Virus record (IMG/VR): IMGVR_UViG_3300025858_000010
Span: 32,001 to 96,000 of that record
DNA: 64,000 nt
Strand: one strand, 5' to 3'
DNA from: a virus
Lineage: Duplodnaviria > Caudoviricetes
A program made the translations under genes and the position numbers. The notes beneath the pieces were generated by a model. That model ran no database searches and was not told the origin of the DNA. It worked only from the letters and a program-made list of their open reading frames with translations. Position 1 is the stretch's first letter. Every line of letters begins with the position of its first letter. Below, piece after piece: positions 51,613 through 60,592 of the stretch.

Positions 51613-52302
51613 TCACCATATTATCTTCATCATGTTTTTCTTTGATCCTAAATAATTTTTATATTCATCAGTAAATCTATTATTGAAACAATATAATGTT
51701 TCTAAATTCTTTAAATGTTCAATTCCATCTAAATTAGTTAATTGATTAGAATGACAATATAATTCTCTCAAATCCGTTAAATGCTCAATTCCTTCTAAAC
51801 TAGTCAATCTATTATTAGAACAATATAATCCTCTTAAATTAGTTAAATATTCGATTTCTTTTAAACTAGTTAGTAAATTATAATTACAATATAATATTTT
51901 TAAATTCGTTAAATGTTCAATTTCTTTTAAACTAGTTAGTAAATTATAATTACAATATAATATTTTTAAATTTGTTAAATGTTCAATGCCTTCTAAATTA
52001 GTTAATGAATTAAAATGACAATATAATTCTCTTAAATTCGTTAAATGTTCAATTCCCTCTAAACTAGTTAATCTATTAAATGAACAATATAAATATCTTA
52101 AATTAATTAATTGTTCAATGCCTTCTAAACTAGTTAATCCTTTATAAGAACAATCTAAAGACATTATTTGATCTAATTGTATATTTTGCTTTTTGGCTAG
52201 CCGTATTATCGGAGTATCGTTATCGTTGTCCCAATCTTCTTCACCATAAGGATCAATGTCTTGTCTACTTAATTGTTCAAATATTCTAAAATTTTTGATC
52301 AT
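51613..52302 (-). CDS. LRR protein with DPYGEEDW tag
   Basis: About 8 22-aa repeats after MIKNFRIFE..DIDPYGEEDW. Confidence 0.92.
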   Translation of the reverse strand: MIKNFRIFEQLSRQDIDPYGEEDWDNDNDTPIIRLAKKQNIQLDQIMSLDCSYKGLTSLEGIEQLINLRYLYCSFNRLTSLEGIEHLTNLRELYCHFNSLTNLEGIEHLTNLKILYCNYNLLTSLKEIEHLTNLKILYCNYNLLTSLKEIEYLTNLRGLYCSNNRLTSLEGIEHLTDLRELYCHSNQLTNLDGIEHLKNLETLYCFNNRFTDEYKNYLGSKKNMMKIIW

Positions 52303-52305
52303 CTT

Positions 52306-52644
52306 TTAATATTTTCTTGTCCCTAGTATTCCTGTTTGATCATAATATTCGCCAGAATCTTCCCATTCTCTGGTCACACTATTCCAATGCGGAAATCCAT
52401 CAGGTAATTCAGCCCAAAAAATTAAATATTTTTCTGCTCTTTCCGGATCTTGTTTCAATAATATTTCGTAGGTATCCTTTTTAACTTTATGTTTTTTAAC
52501 GATCCCAAGTCCTTTTTCTATTTTTTCTTCATATGTCAAAAATCCAAGTCCTTTCCTCACGTTTTTACCAATTTCCTTTATAATATCCTTTTTTTCGGAA
52601 ATATATTTATCGAATAGAACTAAATGATTCAAATTTTCTTTCAT
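52306..52644 (-). CDS. Hypothetical protein
   Basis: HLVLFDKYISE N-terminal motif. Confidence 0.6.
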   Translation of the reverse strand: MKENLNHLVLFDKYISEKKDIIKEIGKNVRKGLGFLTYEEKIEKGLGIVKKHKVKKDTYEILLKQDPERAEKYLIFWAELPDGFPHWNSVTREWEDSGEYYDQTGILGTRKY

Positions 52645-52662
52645 TTCTTAATATTTATTTTT

Positions 52663-53217
52663 TTATTCTTCATCATCTTCATCGAAATGATCAAAGTCTT
52701 GAATTTTAATTTTTCCCTTCTTTATGTCGGTGTCTGCTTGATCTTCATCGAAATATTCTAAATCATCGGGATTGGGAGTTTCATAATCATCATCTATTAT
52801 GATATCATCATTTTCATCCTCCAAATATTCTTCTTCATCAGTATCTTCTAACATTTCAAATCTTACTCTATATTCAACTTCAAAAGTTTCAGTTATTCTA
52901 TTAAGATATTCTAAAGAAACATCATAAGTCCTTTTTTTTCTAACTCCTTCATCGAGTGTTAAAATTTCATCTTCATCAATATATTTAAAATCTGTTTCGC
53001 TAATAAAAAATTTTACTATTAAACCTTTATTTTTGTCATATTCAAAAACAGGTTTACGAACTCTATCAAATATATCGTTAAGTATTCTTTTTGATGTTTC
53101 AAAAACTTCAGAAGGAACATCTTTGAAAGATTTCATTTCCTTATCAGAATCTACTATTGAATTAGAGGTTTTAGATCCCTCATTTATAAAATTATCAAAA
53201 TTTCTTAAAATATCCAT
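52663..53217 (-). CDS. Acidic putative virion-internal protein
   Basis: MDILRNFDNFINE start. Confidence 0.65.
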   Translation of the reverse strand: MDILRNFDNFINEGSKTSNSIVDSDKEMKSFKDVPSEVFETSKRILNDIFDRVRKPVFEYDKNKGLIVKFFISETDFKYIDEDEILTLDEGVRKKRTYDVSLEYLNRITETFEVEYRVRFEMLEDTDEEEYLEDENDDIIIDDDYETPNPDDLEYFDEDQADTDIKKGKIKIQDFDHFDEDDEE

Positions 53218-53220
53218 ATA

Positions 53221-53268
53221 AAAAATGATTTGTTTTCACTTATATATTAATTTGAAAAAATCATTTTT
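53221..53268 (-). promoter_or_regulatory. TTAATATATA promoter motif in the loop of a hairpin abutting the start codon
   Basis: AAAAATGATTT.TTTTCA...TGAAAAAATCATTTTT inverted repeat around the motif. Confidence 0.6.
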
Positions 53269-53387
53269 TATATTCTATTGTGTTTTTTAATTGTCCCAAT
53301 TTTTTCTATTATTTTAATTAAAAATTCAGGTTTAAATGATGGTATGTCTTCTTTACGATAAACTGATATAATGTATGGATTCATTAA

Positions 53388-53588
53388 TTAAGATTCATAA
53401 TCTATTGTTAATAAATTAAAATTATCATCTAATATGGTTAATGTTTCATTTAGTGTATCATAAATGAATTTCAACTTTTCTTCACTTTCATTTGTTACAT
53501 CAATAACATATTTACAACTTAAATTCATCGTAAATCCTGAAGGTACCTTTTTTGTTTGATTTTTTTTAAATTTTTCTGAATATTTCAT
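53388..53588 (-). CDS. Small hypothetical protein
   Basis: 66-aa ORF 3 nt downstream of dnaJ. Confidence 0.55.
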   Translation of the reverse strand: MKYSEKFKKNQTKKVPSGFTMNLSCKYVIDVTNESEEKLKFIYDTLNETLTILDDNFNLLTIDYES

Positions 53589-53591
53589 ATA

Positions 53592-54629
53592 TTATTTCTT
53601 TAATTTTTCGTAATCAATGATTATATTAACTTTTACAATTAAATCACCTCTATTATTATCATCATACAATAGACCCTTCCTAGCGACTCTTAATAAATCG
53701 CCGTCTTTTGTTTTGGATGGAATTTTTAAAGAATATTTTTTATCATCTAAATGTTCGTATTCAAAATCAAATCCATCAATGGCTTGTTGATAGTGAAGAT
53801 CTAATTTATAAATCAAATTAGATCCATCTCTTATATATCTATTATCGTCGATGTAAGTGGCTTCAACCGAAAGAGTGCCAACTTTTTGTTGATAATATTT
53901 AGATTGATGTCCCATTCCTCTAATATATTTAACAAAACTTTTATCAATTCTAAATGAATTACCGAAAGCAAATTCTTCATCTTTTGAAATTACTTTTGTA
54001 CCATTGCATTTTTTACATTTTCCTGTATGTATTTTTCCGGTCCCGTTACAATATTTACAATGAGTAAAACCATCATTTCCTCTACCATCGCATGTCTCAC
54101 ATTCAAATTCTTCGCTTTCTGGATCAAATCCAGTGAAATCACATACATCGCATTTAACGTCACGTTTAAATTTTATTGGTATTTGTTTATTATTATAAAC
54201 GTCCTTTAATGTAATTTTAACTGAATGTTTAATATCTAAATTTTCAGGAAATTCTTCTCTGCGGTGAAATATATTTTGAAAAAATGGATCATCAAATGGA
54301 GATCCTCCACCGAATCCGAAATTTTGAAAAGGATTTCCTCCAAATGGATTAAAATCCTGACCATTAATATTTATATGAAAAAAAGGATTTCCTTGGTTTG
54401 GATTATAATTTCTACCATGCGGACTTTGTACATCGTATATTTGTCTTTCTTTTTCATCTCCGATTACAGAAAAAGCTTCATTTAATTTTTTGAATTCTGA
54501 GTCATCATGATTTTGAGTTGCATCTGGATGATGTTCTTTGGCTAGTTTTCTATATTGTTTCTTTATTTCTTTATTATCGGCGTTCTTATCAACTCCTAGT
54601 ATATCATAATAATTTTTATTTGGATCCAT
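53592..54629 (-). CDS. dnaJ: DnaJ chaperone
   Basis: J domain with HPD, G/F region, four CxxCxGxG-type repeats, C-terminal domain. Confidence 0.95.
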   Translation of the reverse strand: MDPNKNYYDILGVDKNADNKEIKKQYRKLAKEHHPDATQNHDDSEFKKLNEAFSVIGDEKERQIYDVQSPHGRNYNPNQGNPFFHININGQDFNPFGGNPFQNFGFGGGSPFDDPFFQNIFHRREEFPENLDIKHSVKITLKDVYNNKQIPIKFKRDVKCDVCDFTGFDPESEEFECETCDGRGNDGFTHCKYCNGTGKIHTGKCKKCNGTKVISKDEEFAFGNSFRIDKSFVKYIRGMGHQSKYYQQKVGTLSVEATYIDDNRYIRDGSNLIYKLDLHYQQAIDGFDFEYEHLDDKKYSLKIPSKTKDGDLLRVARKGLLYDDNNRGDLIVKVNIIIDYEKLKK

Positions 54630-54709
54630 CTAATTTTTATTTTTTTTAATTTATATATATTTCATATGATAATAAAGTTTAAAATATTCGATTCGTACAT
54701 ATCTGAGGG

Positions 54710-55554
54710 TTAATCAACTGTCAATAAAAATCTAACATTATTTACAACTTTTTAACAAAATTTAACTATTAATTAACACGAAAATCAGGTTTTTGATCGC
54801 ATCTGTTGGAAATAAAATGATTATGGATTTACCGATAAAATATCATAAACATTTCAACAAATATAATGTATTGGGTAAACGATTAAATTCATATATTATC
54901 ACACGAAAGTATGTTCAATTCAGTTTTGAAATTGTTACATTACCGAAAAAGGAAGGTAAAGTTTGTATTGGTGTTGATACAGGTATTAACGCACTTGCAT
55001 CACTCAATAATGGAAACCAATATGGTAAAGACATCAAAGGTTGTATTGAACGAGTAAAAAGGTGTAAACAGAAGTCAAAAGGTTGGTATGTGGCTAAAAG
55101 AGCATTGAAACAACGAATTGACGAAGTATCAAAAGAAATTGTTAATGTTGAAAATCCTGATTTAATTGTGGTTGAAAAACTCAAAAATATGGGAGTCAAA
55201 AGTAAAGCCAAACGCCTATTGGCTAAAAGTATTAGGCGTTCTATCGGAACTTGGAATTGGAAGTATTGGTTGAATAGGTTAGAAGCACAGTGTGAATTAA
55301 ATCGTATTTCGTTCAGAACTGTAGCACCTTATTATACCTCTACCACCTGTCCTGTATGTGGTCAATCCGATAGGGGAAATCGAAACGGAGAAATATTTTT
55401 GTGTCTGAATTGTGGTCACACAGACAATGCGGATATTAATGCGGGTAAGAATATTTTGAATCGATTTCTCACAGGACAATACGGTGTCTGTTACAAAGAA
55501 GTAAATTTGATACAATCTACAAGGTTGTAGATTTTGTTGGATTTATTTTAACGG
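54710..55554 (+). mobile_element. Non-autonomous, internally deleted IS607-like tnpB element
   Basis: Left junction GAGGG|T, right end TTTAACGG; tnpB inside; no tnpA. Confidence 0.7.
54793..55530 (+). CDS. tnpB: TnpB RNA-guided nuclease, N-terminally truncated
   Basis: RuvC IGVDTG, IVVEKL, TSTTCPVCG..CLNCG, NADINAGKNI. Confidence 0.85.
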   Translation: MIASVGNKMIMDLPIKYHKHFNKYNVLGKRLNSYIITRKYVQFSFEIVTLPKKEGKVCIGVDTGINALASLNNGNQYGKDIKGCIERVKRCKQKSKGWYVAKRALKQRIDEVSKEIVNVENPDLIVVEKLKNMGVKSKAKRLLAKSIRRSIGTWNWKYWLNRLEAQCELNRISFRTVAPYYTSTTCPVCGQSDRGNRNGEIFLCLNCGHTDNADINAGKNILNRFLTGQYGVCYKEVNLIQSTRL

Positions 55555-55810
55555 TATAAGATGGTGGAGAAATGGTAAATTAACAGATGAAGAAGAAGAT
55601 GAATGTTATCATCAATTCGATGTTTTAACGGTTTATGATAAAAATTTTGAACTTGTTAAAATTCTTAGATGTAAAAAATGTAAAAAATCTTTTGATTATA
55701 ATGATCCTACCAAAGAAAGAATGAAATGATGAAAAGATATTCATGTAAGAAAATCATAAAAAACTTTTTAGTTATATTTATTATATTAAAAGAAATATTT
55801 ATTCATAGAA

Positions 55811-57256
55811 ATGATAAAAAAATTTAAATTATTTGAAACCAATAATAATAAAATAGAAGCAGCTATTGATTTTATCAGAAATGTTATAAAGGATACAGAA
55901 TGGGAAGGTAAAGTATTTCTTGCTGGAGGTGCTGTAAGAGATGAAGTGATGGGCAGAACGCCAAAAGATATAGATCTTCTTATTAATGCACCTAACGGAG
56001 GCATTTTATTTGCAGATTGGATAACTAAAAAATTGGGTATATATGTAGATGGTAAAAATCCAGTAGTTTATCCTAGATTCGGCACAGCTATGTTCACCCT
56101 TAGAAAAATAAAACATGATGGAGTAGATATTTCTTTTGTTGAAATTGAATGTGTTATGCCAAGAAAAGAAGAATATCTAAAAGGAAATAGAAAACCCATT
56201 GTTTCACAAGGAACACTCAAAGATGATGTCAATAGAAGAGATTTTACAATAAATAGTCTTCTAAAAGATTTATCAAGCGGCGAAATATTAGATCTAACAG
56301 GAATGGGTAAAAATGATATAAGAGACGGTATAGTGAGAACTCCTTTAAATCCGGATGTGATTTTTGATGAAGATCCTCTCAGAATGCTTAGAGCAATTAG
56401 AATAATTGTTAAATATAACTGGACATTACCTTTATTCATGATAAGAAGTTTGAAAAAGAACGCCAAAAAACTTCAATATATTTCACAGGAAAGAATACAG
56501 AGCGAATTAAATAAAATGTTACTAACAGACAATCCAGACAAGGCAATTAGATTGTTGCAAATATTTGGACTTTCTAAATATATTTTTCCAGAATTAGATA
56601 AACTCATCGGTATGAAACAAAATAAACATCATCAGTACGATGCTATGCGTCATTCATTAGAGGTATTAAAGAATACGCCAAAGGACTTAATAACTAGATT
56701 ATCTGGATTACTACATGATATAGGAAAATCCAAGACAAGAGAGATAATAGATCACGAAGTGCATTTTTATGATCATGAAGAAGTAGGGGCTTATATGGCT
56801 CGTGATATATTGCATAGACTAAGATATCCAAGAGAAATTTGTGATGCGGTTTTTCTTATCATTAATAATCACATGAGAACTAAACATTCTGGCGATGAAG
56901 GTGAAATAAGTGATAGAACACTAAGAAAACTAAAAATGGATTTAGGCCCCCATTTAGAAAGAACATTAGATTTAATTCACGCTGATAACATATCACATTC
57001 TGCTCAATCTAATATGCCAAATCAAATATCTAATATAAGAAGAAGATTTAAAGAGTTAGAAGAAAAAGATAAAGGAATAAATATTAAACCGCCATTAAAT
57101 GGTAATGATATAATGGAAATACTAGGAATTACAAAGGGACATCATCCAGTGATAGGAAGATTGTTAGCACTTCTTAAAGATAAATATTTAGATGATCCGA
57201 CTATGACAAGAGATGAAGCCATAGATATAGTTAAAAACAATTTCATTAGATCATAA
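55811..57256 (+). CDS. cca: CCA-adding tRNA nucleotidyltransferase with HD domain
   Basis: AGGAVRD, DIDL, RRDFTIN, EDPLRMLRA, SQERI, LHDIGK. Confidence 0.9.
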   Translation: MIKKFKLFETNNNKIEAAIDFIRNVIKDTEWEGKVFLAGGAVRDEVMGRTPKDIDLLINAPNGGILFADWITKKLGIYVDGKNPVVYPRFGTAMFTLRKIKHDGVDISFVEIECVMPRKEEYLKGNRKPIVSQGTLKDDVNRRDFTINSLLKDLSSGEILDLTGMGKNDIRDGIVRTPLNPDVIFDEDPLRMLRAIRIIVKYNWTLPLFMIRSLKKNAKKLQYISQERIQSELNKMLLTDNPDKAIRLLQIFGLSKYIFPELDKLIGMKQNKHHQYDAMRHSLEVLKNTPKDLITRLSGLLHDIGKSKTREIIDHEVHFYDHEEVGAYMARDILHRLRYPREICDAVFLIINNHMRTKHSGDEGEISDRTLRKLKMDLGPHLERTLDLIHADNISHSAQSNMPNQISNIRRRFKELEEKDKGINIKPPLNGNDIMEILGITKGHHPVIGRLLALLKDKYLDDPTMTRDEAIDIVKNNFIRS

Positions 57257-58456
57257 TATTGGATAAACTACTTCCGGGTAAACTTCTAAAATCTCTGTTT
57301 TTTTATTTTCATAAGGTACTTGATTTAAAATATAACGTAAGGCATTGAGTTTAGCTACTCTCTTATCGTTAGAATCTACGGCTACCCAAGGCGATTTTTC
57401 AGTCGATGTTCGCTTAAACATTTCTTCTTTATAAGCAGAATATTGATCCCATTTATCTAAAGATTTAGCATCATTTGGACTGAATTTCCAATATTTAATT
57501 GGTGATGTTTGTCTCAGTTTAAATCTTAGTTCTTGCGTATCTTTTGTTATCGAAAACCAAAATTTAATAAGATAGAAGTTATTATCTATCAAATCATATT
57601 CAAATGGTAAGACATCTTCCATGAAATTTTCATATTGTTCTGTTGTACAATAACCCATAACCGGTTCAACTACAGCTCTATTATACCATGAACGGTCATA
57701 AAAAGCGATTTGTTGTGTGGCTGGAAGAACATCAGAGTAACGTTTAAACCAATTTTTTTTCTCATCTTCTGATGGAATTCCAAATGTATTTATTCTAAAA
57801 TAACTAGGGTGTAAGTTTTCTGTTGCTGTTCTAATGAATGATCCTTTGGATGCAGCATCTCTTCCTTCTGCAACAACTACTAATTTTTTATTATTTGAAA
57901 ATAACCAATCTCTCATTTTTAAGAGTTCTATTTGCAGAGAAGCTTTTTCTAATTCAAATCTTCGTCTTTTAACTCTAAATCTTGGTGCACTAGAAATTAC
58001 TTTACGCCATTCGGCGAACTCTTTATCTTCAATGTAAGGATCATAATAAACGTCTTCTGTATCCACATCAGTTATATCTATGTCCTGTTCAGCGTTATAT
58101 AATGTTTTTAACCTTTTTGGAATTGATGATAGATAATTATCGAAGTAATTTTCAATTTTTTTATCTTTACCTTTTAATTTTAAATTGTTTATGCCTCTAA
58201 AAAAAGTATCTATGTTGAGTTGTTCCATGACGTTTTTATCAACTTCTTTTTGAAGATCCATGAGAAATTGATTATCAATTTTTTTAATTTCACCTCTCAT
58301 TATTTTTTCTTTATAGTCCGTAAGAAGTCGAACAAGTTCGGATTCTAGTCTTTCCATATCATCTTCACTTTTGAAGTATGATTTTATATTATTAAAAAGT
58401 TTTTTGAAATCCTTTTTAAAATTTTCATTTAGAAAGTTATCATATTTATCTATCAT
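57251..58456 (-). CDS. ppk2: Polyphosphate kinase 2 with N-terminal extension
   Basis: EGRDAASKG, FYDRSWYNRA, KFWFSI, WKFSPND, PW. Confidence 0.92.
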   Translation of the reverse strand: MIDKYDNFLNENFKKDFKKLFNNIKSYFKSEDDMERLESELVRLLTDYKEKIMRGEIKKIDNQFLMDLQKEVDKNVMEQLNIDTFFRGINNLKLKGKDKKIENYFDNYLSSIPKRLKTLYNAEQDIDITDVDTEDVYYDPYIEDKEFAEWRKVISSAPRFRVKRRRFELEKASLQIELLKMRDWLFSNNKKLVVVAEGRDAASKGSFIRTATENLHPSYFRINTFGIPSEDEKKNWFKRYSDVLPATQQIAFYDRSWYNRAVVEPVMGYCTTEQYENFMEDVLPFEYDLIDNNFYLIKFWFSITKDTQELRFKLRQTSPIKYWKFSPNDAKSLDKWDQYSAYKEEMFKRTSTEKSPWVAVDSNDKRVAKLNALRYILNQVPYENKKTEILEVYPEVVYPIL

Positions 58457-58808
58457 AATTTAATTCTTCTATTTTTTTGTTCCATTTATAGTTTATATCA
58501 TTCCAATATAAATCCCCTTGTGGTGTGTCACCCCAATAAAAAGCATTCATTATATGATCGCGTTCGTCAACATGTTCCCACCAGTTTGTACCGGCATACC
58601 CATACCTTAAAAGTGAGGCTCCGACCAGTTTTGAATTGAGATTAGTTTCATTTTCGCAATTTTCCGCATATTCTTCTAAACAGTTATTATCAATTAAAAA
58701 TTGTCTAAATTTTTTATCGATTATAAAACTGTCGTCAATGTCTTCTTCATCCTCTTCTTCAAGATATTCTATATTTTCTCTAATATATTGTATATATTTT
58801 TTAATCAT
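58446..58808 (-). CDS. Putative virion-internal hypothetical protein
   Basis: MIKKYIQYIRE start; AF.W..TPQG..YW motif. Confidence 0.65.
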   Translation of the reverse strand: MIKKYIQYIRENIEYLEEEDEEDIDDSFIIDKKFRQFLIDNNCLEEYAENCENETNLNSKLVGASLLRYGYAGTNWWEHVDERDHIMNAFYWGDTPQGDLYWNDINYKWNKKIEELNYDR

Positions 58809-58874
58809 ATGCGTATATATTAAATTTTTTTGGCAGATTTATAAACATAATTTGTATTTAGACATATAAGAAAA

Positions 58875-59342
58875 ATGAAAAAAATTTTTACAATAATATT
58901 AGTATTTATTTCGTCTATTGTTTATTCTCAAATAGATTATAACATTTATATTGGATTAACAAAGAAAGAAATCATAGAATCATTCAAACATGATGATTTC
59001 AACTATAAATTTGAAAAAAAGATGTATGTTAATATAGATAGTTCTGGTAAATTCATATCAGATAATAACCATTATACTTGGTTAGTTTATTATTATAAAA
59101 TAAGAGCATTATTCGTCTTTAATAAAAAAAATGATAAATGTGATAAATATTATTTAGCAATCAATGATATAAAAAATTATTGGGATTATTATGATTATTA
59201 TAATGATATATTGAGTAAATCAGATAAAGAGTTAACTTGGATTGAAAAAAGACATAAATATTATATTGAATTAATAATAAGAGCATCAAACCCAAATCAA
59301 ATGTTTATATTTGCCCAGAATAAAAAATATATTCGTCATTAG
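58875..59342 (+). CDS. Signal-peptide-bearing hypothetical protein
   Basis: MKKIFTIILVFISSIVYS-Q, Bacteroidota-style signal with Gln at +1. Confidence 0.7.
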   Translation: MKKIFTIILVFISSIVYSQIDYNIYIGLTKKEIIESFKHDDFNYKFEKKMYVNIDSSGKFISDNNHYTWLVYYYKIRALFVFNKKNDKCDKYYLAINDIKNYWDYYDYYNDILSKSDKELTWIEKRHKYYIELIIRASNPNQMFIFAQNKKYIRH

Positions 59343-59347
59343 TATAT

Positions 59348-59821
59348 TTAATTTATTCCAAAATTGAAATTACTCGATCCGATGTCATTATCTTCTAAAA
59401 TAGTATAGTCAAATTCTTGATTTTCTTTTAATTCTATTCCATACTTTTCCATAAAATATTTTACAGTATATTCATCGGGGATATAAAACAATTCACCAGA
59501 AGAACCAATGGATGAAATTATAACATGATCTTCCATTATGAGTTTTTCTAATTCATTTGAAAATAATATTATATTTAATATACTTTGAATTTCTCCCATA
59601 TCTAATTTTTCGTCACCACTGCTATTAAATTTATAATTGCTATATGGCACTATTTCATTTAATAACATAGAAGCAGTAATATTATTATCAAATAAAAAAT
59701 TGTGTAAAATATCAGATGATTTAATTTTATGTACTAATTGTTTAGCATACGTTATAGTGAGTAAATTAAATTCTTCACCATATTTATTAAAAAAATCTTC
59801 AATTTCTTTAGATAAAGACAT
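59348..59821 (-). CDS. Hypothetical protein
   Basis: 157-aa ORF. Confidence 0.6.
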   Translation of the reverse strand: MSLSKEIEDFFNKYGEEFNLLTITYAKQLVHKIKSSDILHNFLFDNNITASMLLNEIVPYSNYKFNSSGDEKLDMGEIQSILNIILFSNELEKLIMEDHVIISSIGSSGELFYIPDEYTVKYFMEKYGIELKENQEFDYTILEDNDIGSSNFNFGIN

Positions 59822-59848
59822 TCAGTATTGGTTTTTCTAGTATATATT

Positions 59849-60592
59849 TTATTTAAATTTCATTTTGGATATATTTTCTAAAAAATTTGATCCAGGAAAC
59901 ATGGTATCTATGTCTAATAAATACTTATCCAATTCTTTATGATATTTATAATCTTGATATTTAATTTTATCAAAGTTGCAAAACAATTCAAGAACTTTAT
60001 CATATTGAGGTTTTTTATCAAAATATAAAAAATCATTATCATTTAATTTGAAATCTTTAAATATTTGAGTGTTAAAATATTTTGAAATAGATATAAAACT
60101 AGCATAACTGAATAAACTCATGAATCCTTTTGAAAAATATTCATTTGAATCTAAATCTAGAAATTCAATTATATGTTCTAAATTGGTCGAAACCAAAAAG
60201 AGATTTTCACCAACAATATATTTTAAACCACTTGGATATAAATGTAATCCAAATTTATTAAACATAACATTCATTAATGTTGGTAATATGTCCCAACTAT
60301 AATAGAAAAACGATGATAAAAATTCATTTTCTGGTGTTCTAATAAAAATGAATCGAAAATCTTTATAATTAAAATCTATAAATTGTCCTTTTAAATTAAA
60401 TACTCCGTTATCTAATATCGTGACCAATGTTGATGCATCAGTCTCTTGTGGTATTAGAATTTTAATATGATCATAATTTATTTTATCTTTATATACAAAC
60501 GGGATCTCATTTCGAATATTATTACTATCAAGTTTGTTAGATACTTCTTTTAATAATCTAATAAATTCCGGTTTTTCCAATATTCTTGACAT
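59849..60592 (-). CDS. Hypothetical protein, possibly a degenerate nucleotidyltransferase fold
   Basis: 247-aa ORF; FGL.L..SGL and I.EFL.LD patterns, catalytic DxD not evident. Confidence 0.45.
   Translation of the reverse strand: MSRILEKPEFIRLLKEVSNKLDSNNIRNEIPFVYKDKINYDHIKILIPQETDASTLVTILDNGVFNLKGQFIDFNYKDFRFIFIRTPENEFLSSFFYYSWDILPTLMNVMFNKFGLHLYPSGLKYIVGENLFLVSTNLEHIIEFLDLDSNEYFSKGFMSLFSYASFISISKYFNTQIFKDFKLNDNDFLYFDKKPQYDKVLELFCNFDKIKYQDYKYHKELDKYLLDIDTMFPGSNFLENISKMKFK

Larger units (their letters stand above)
54666..55729 (+). pseudogene. Small gene interrupted by the IS607-like element
   Basis: MIIKFKIFDSYISEG (54666..54710) joins in frame via shared GGT to IRWWRNGKL...CKKC...MK* (55556..55729). 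Confidence 0.7.

Noticed and set aside
55528-55729. TnpB C-terminal extension by TAG read-through
   Set aside because: An in-frame TAA follows at 55549; the downstream coding-like sequence is in another frame and belongs to the interrupted target gene
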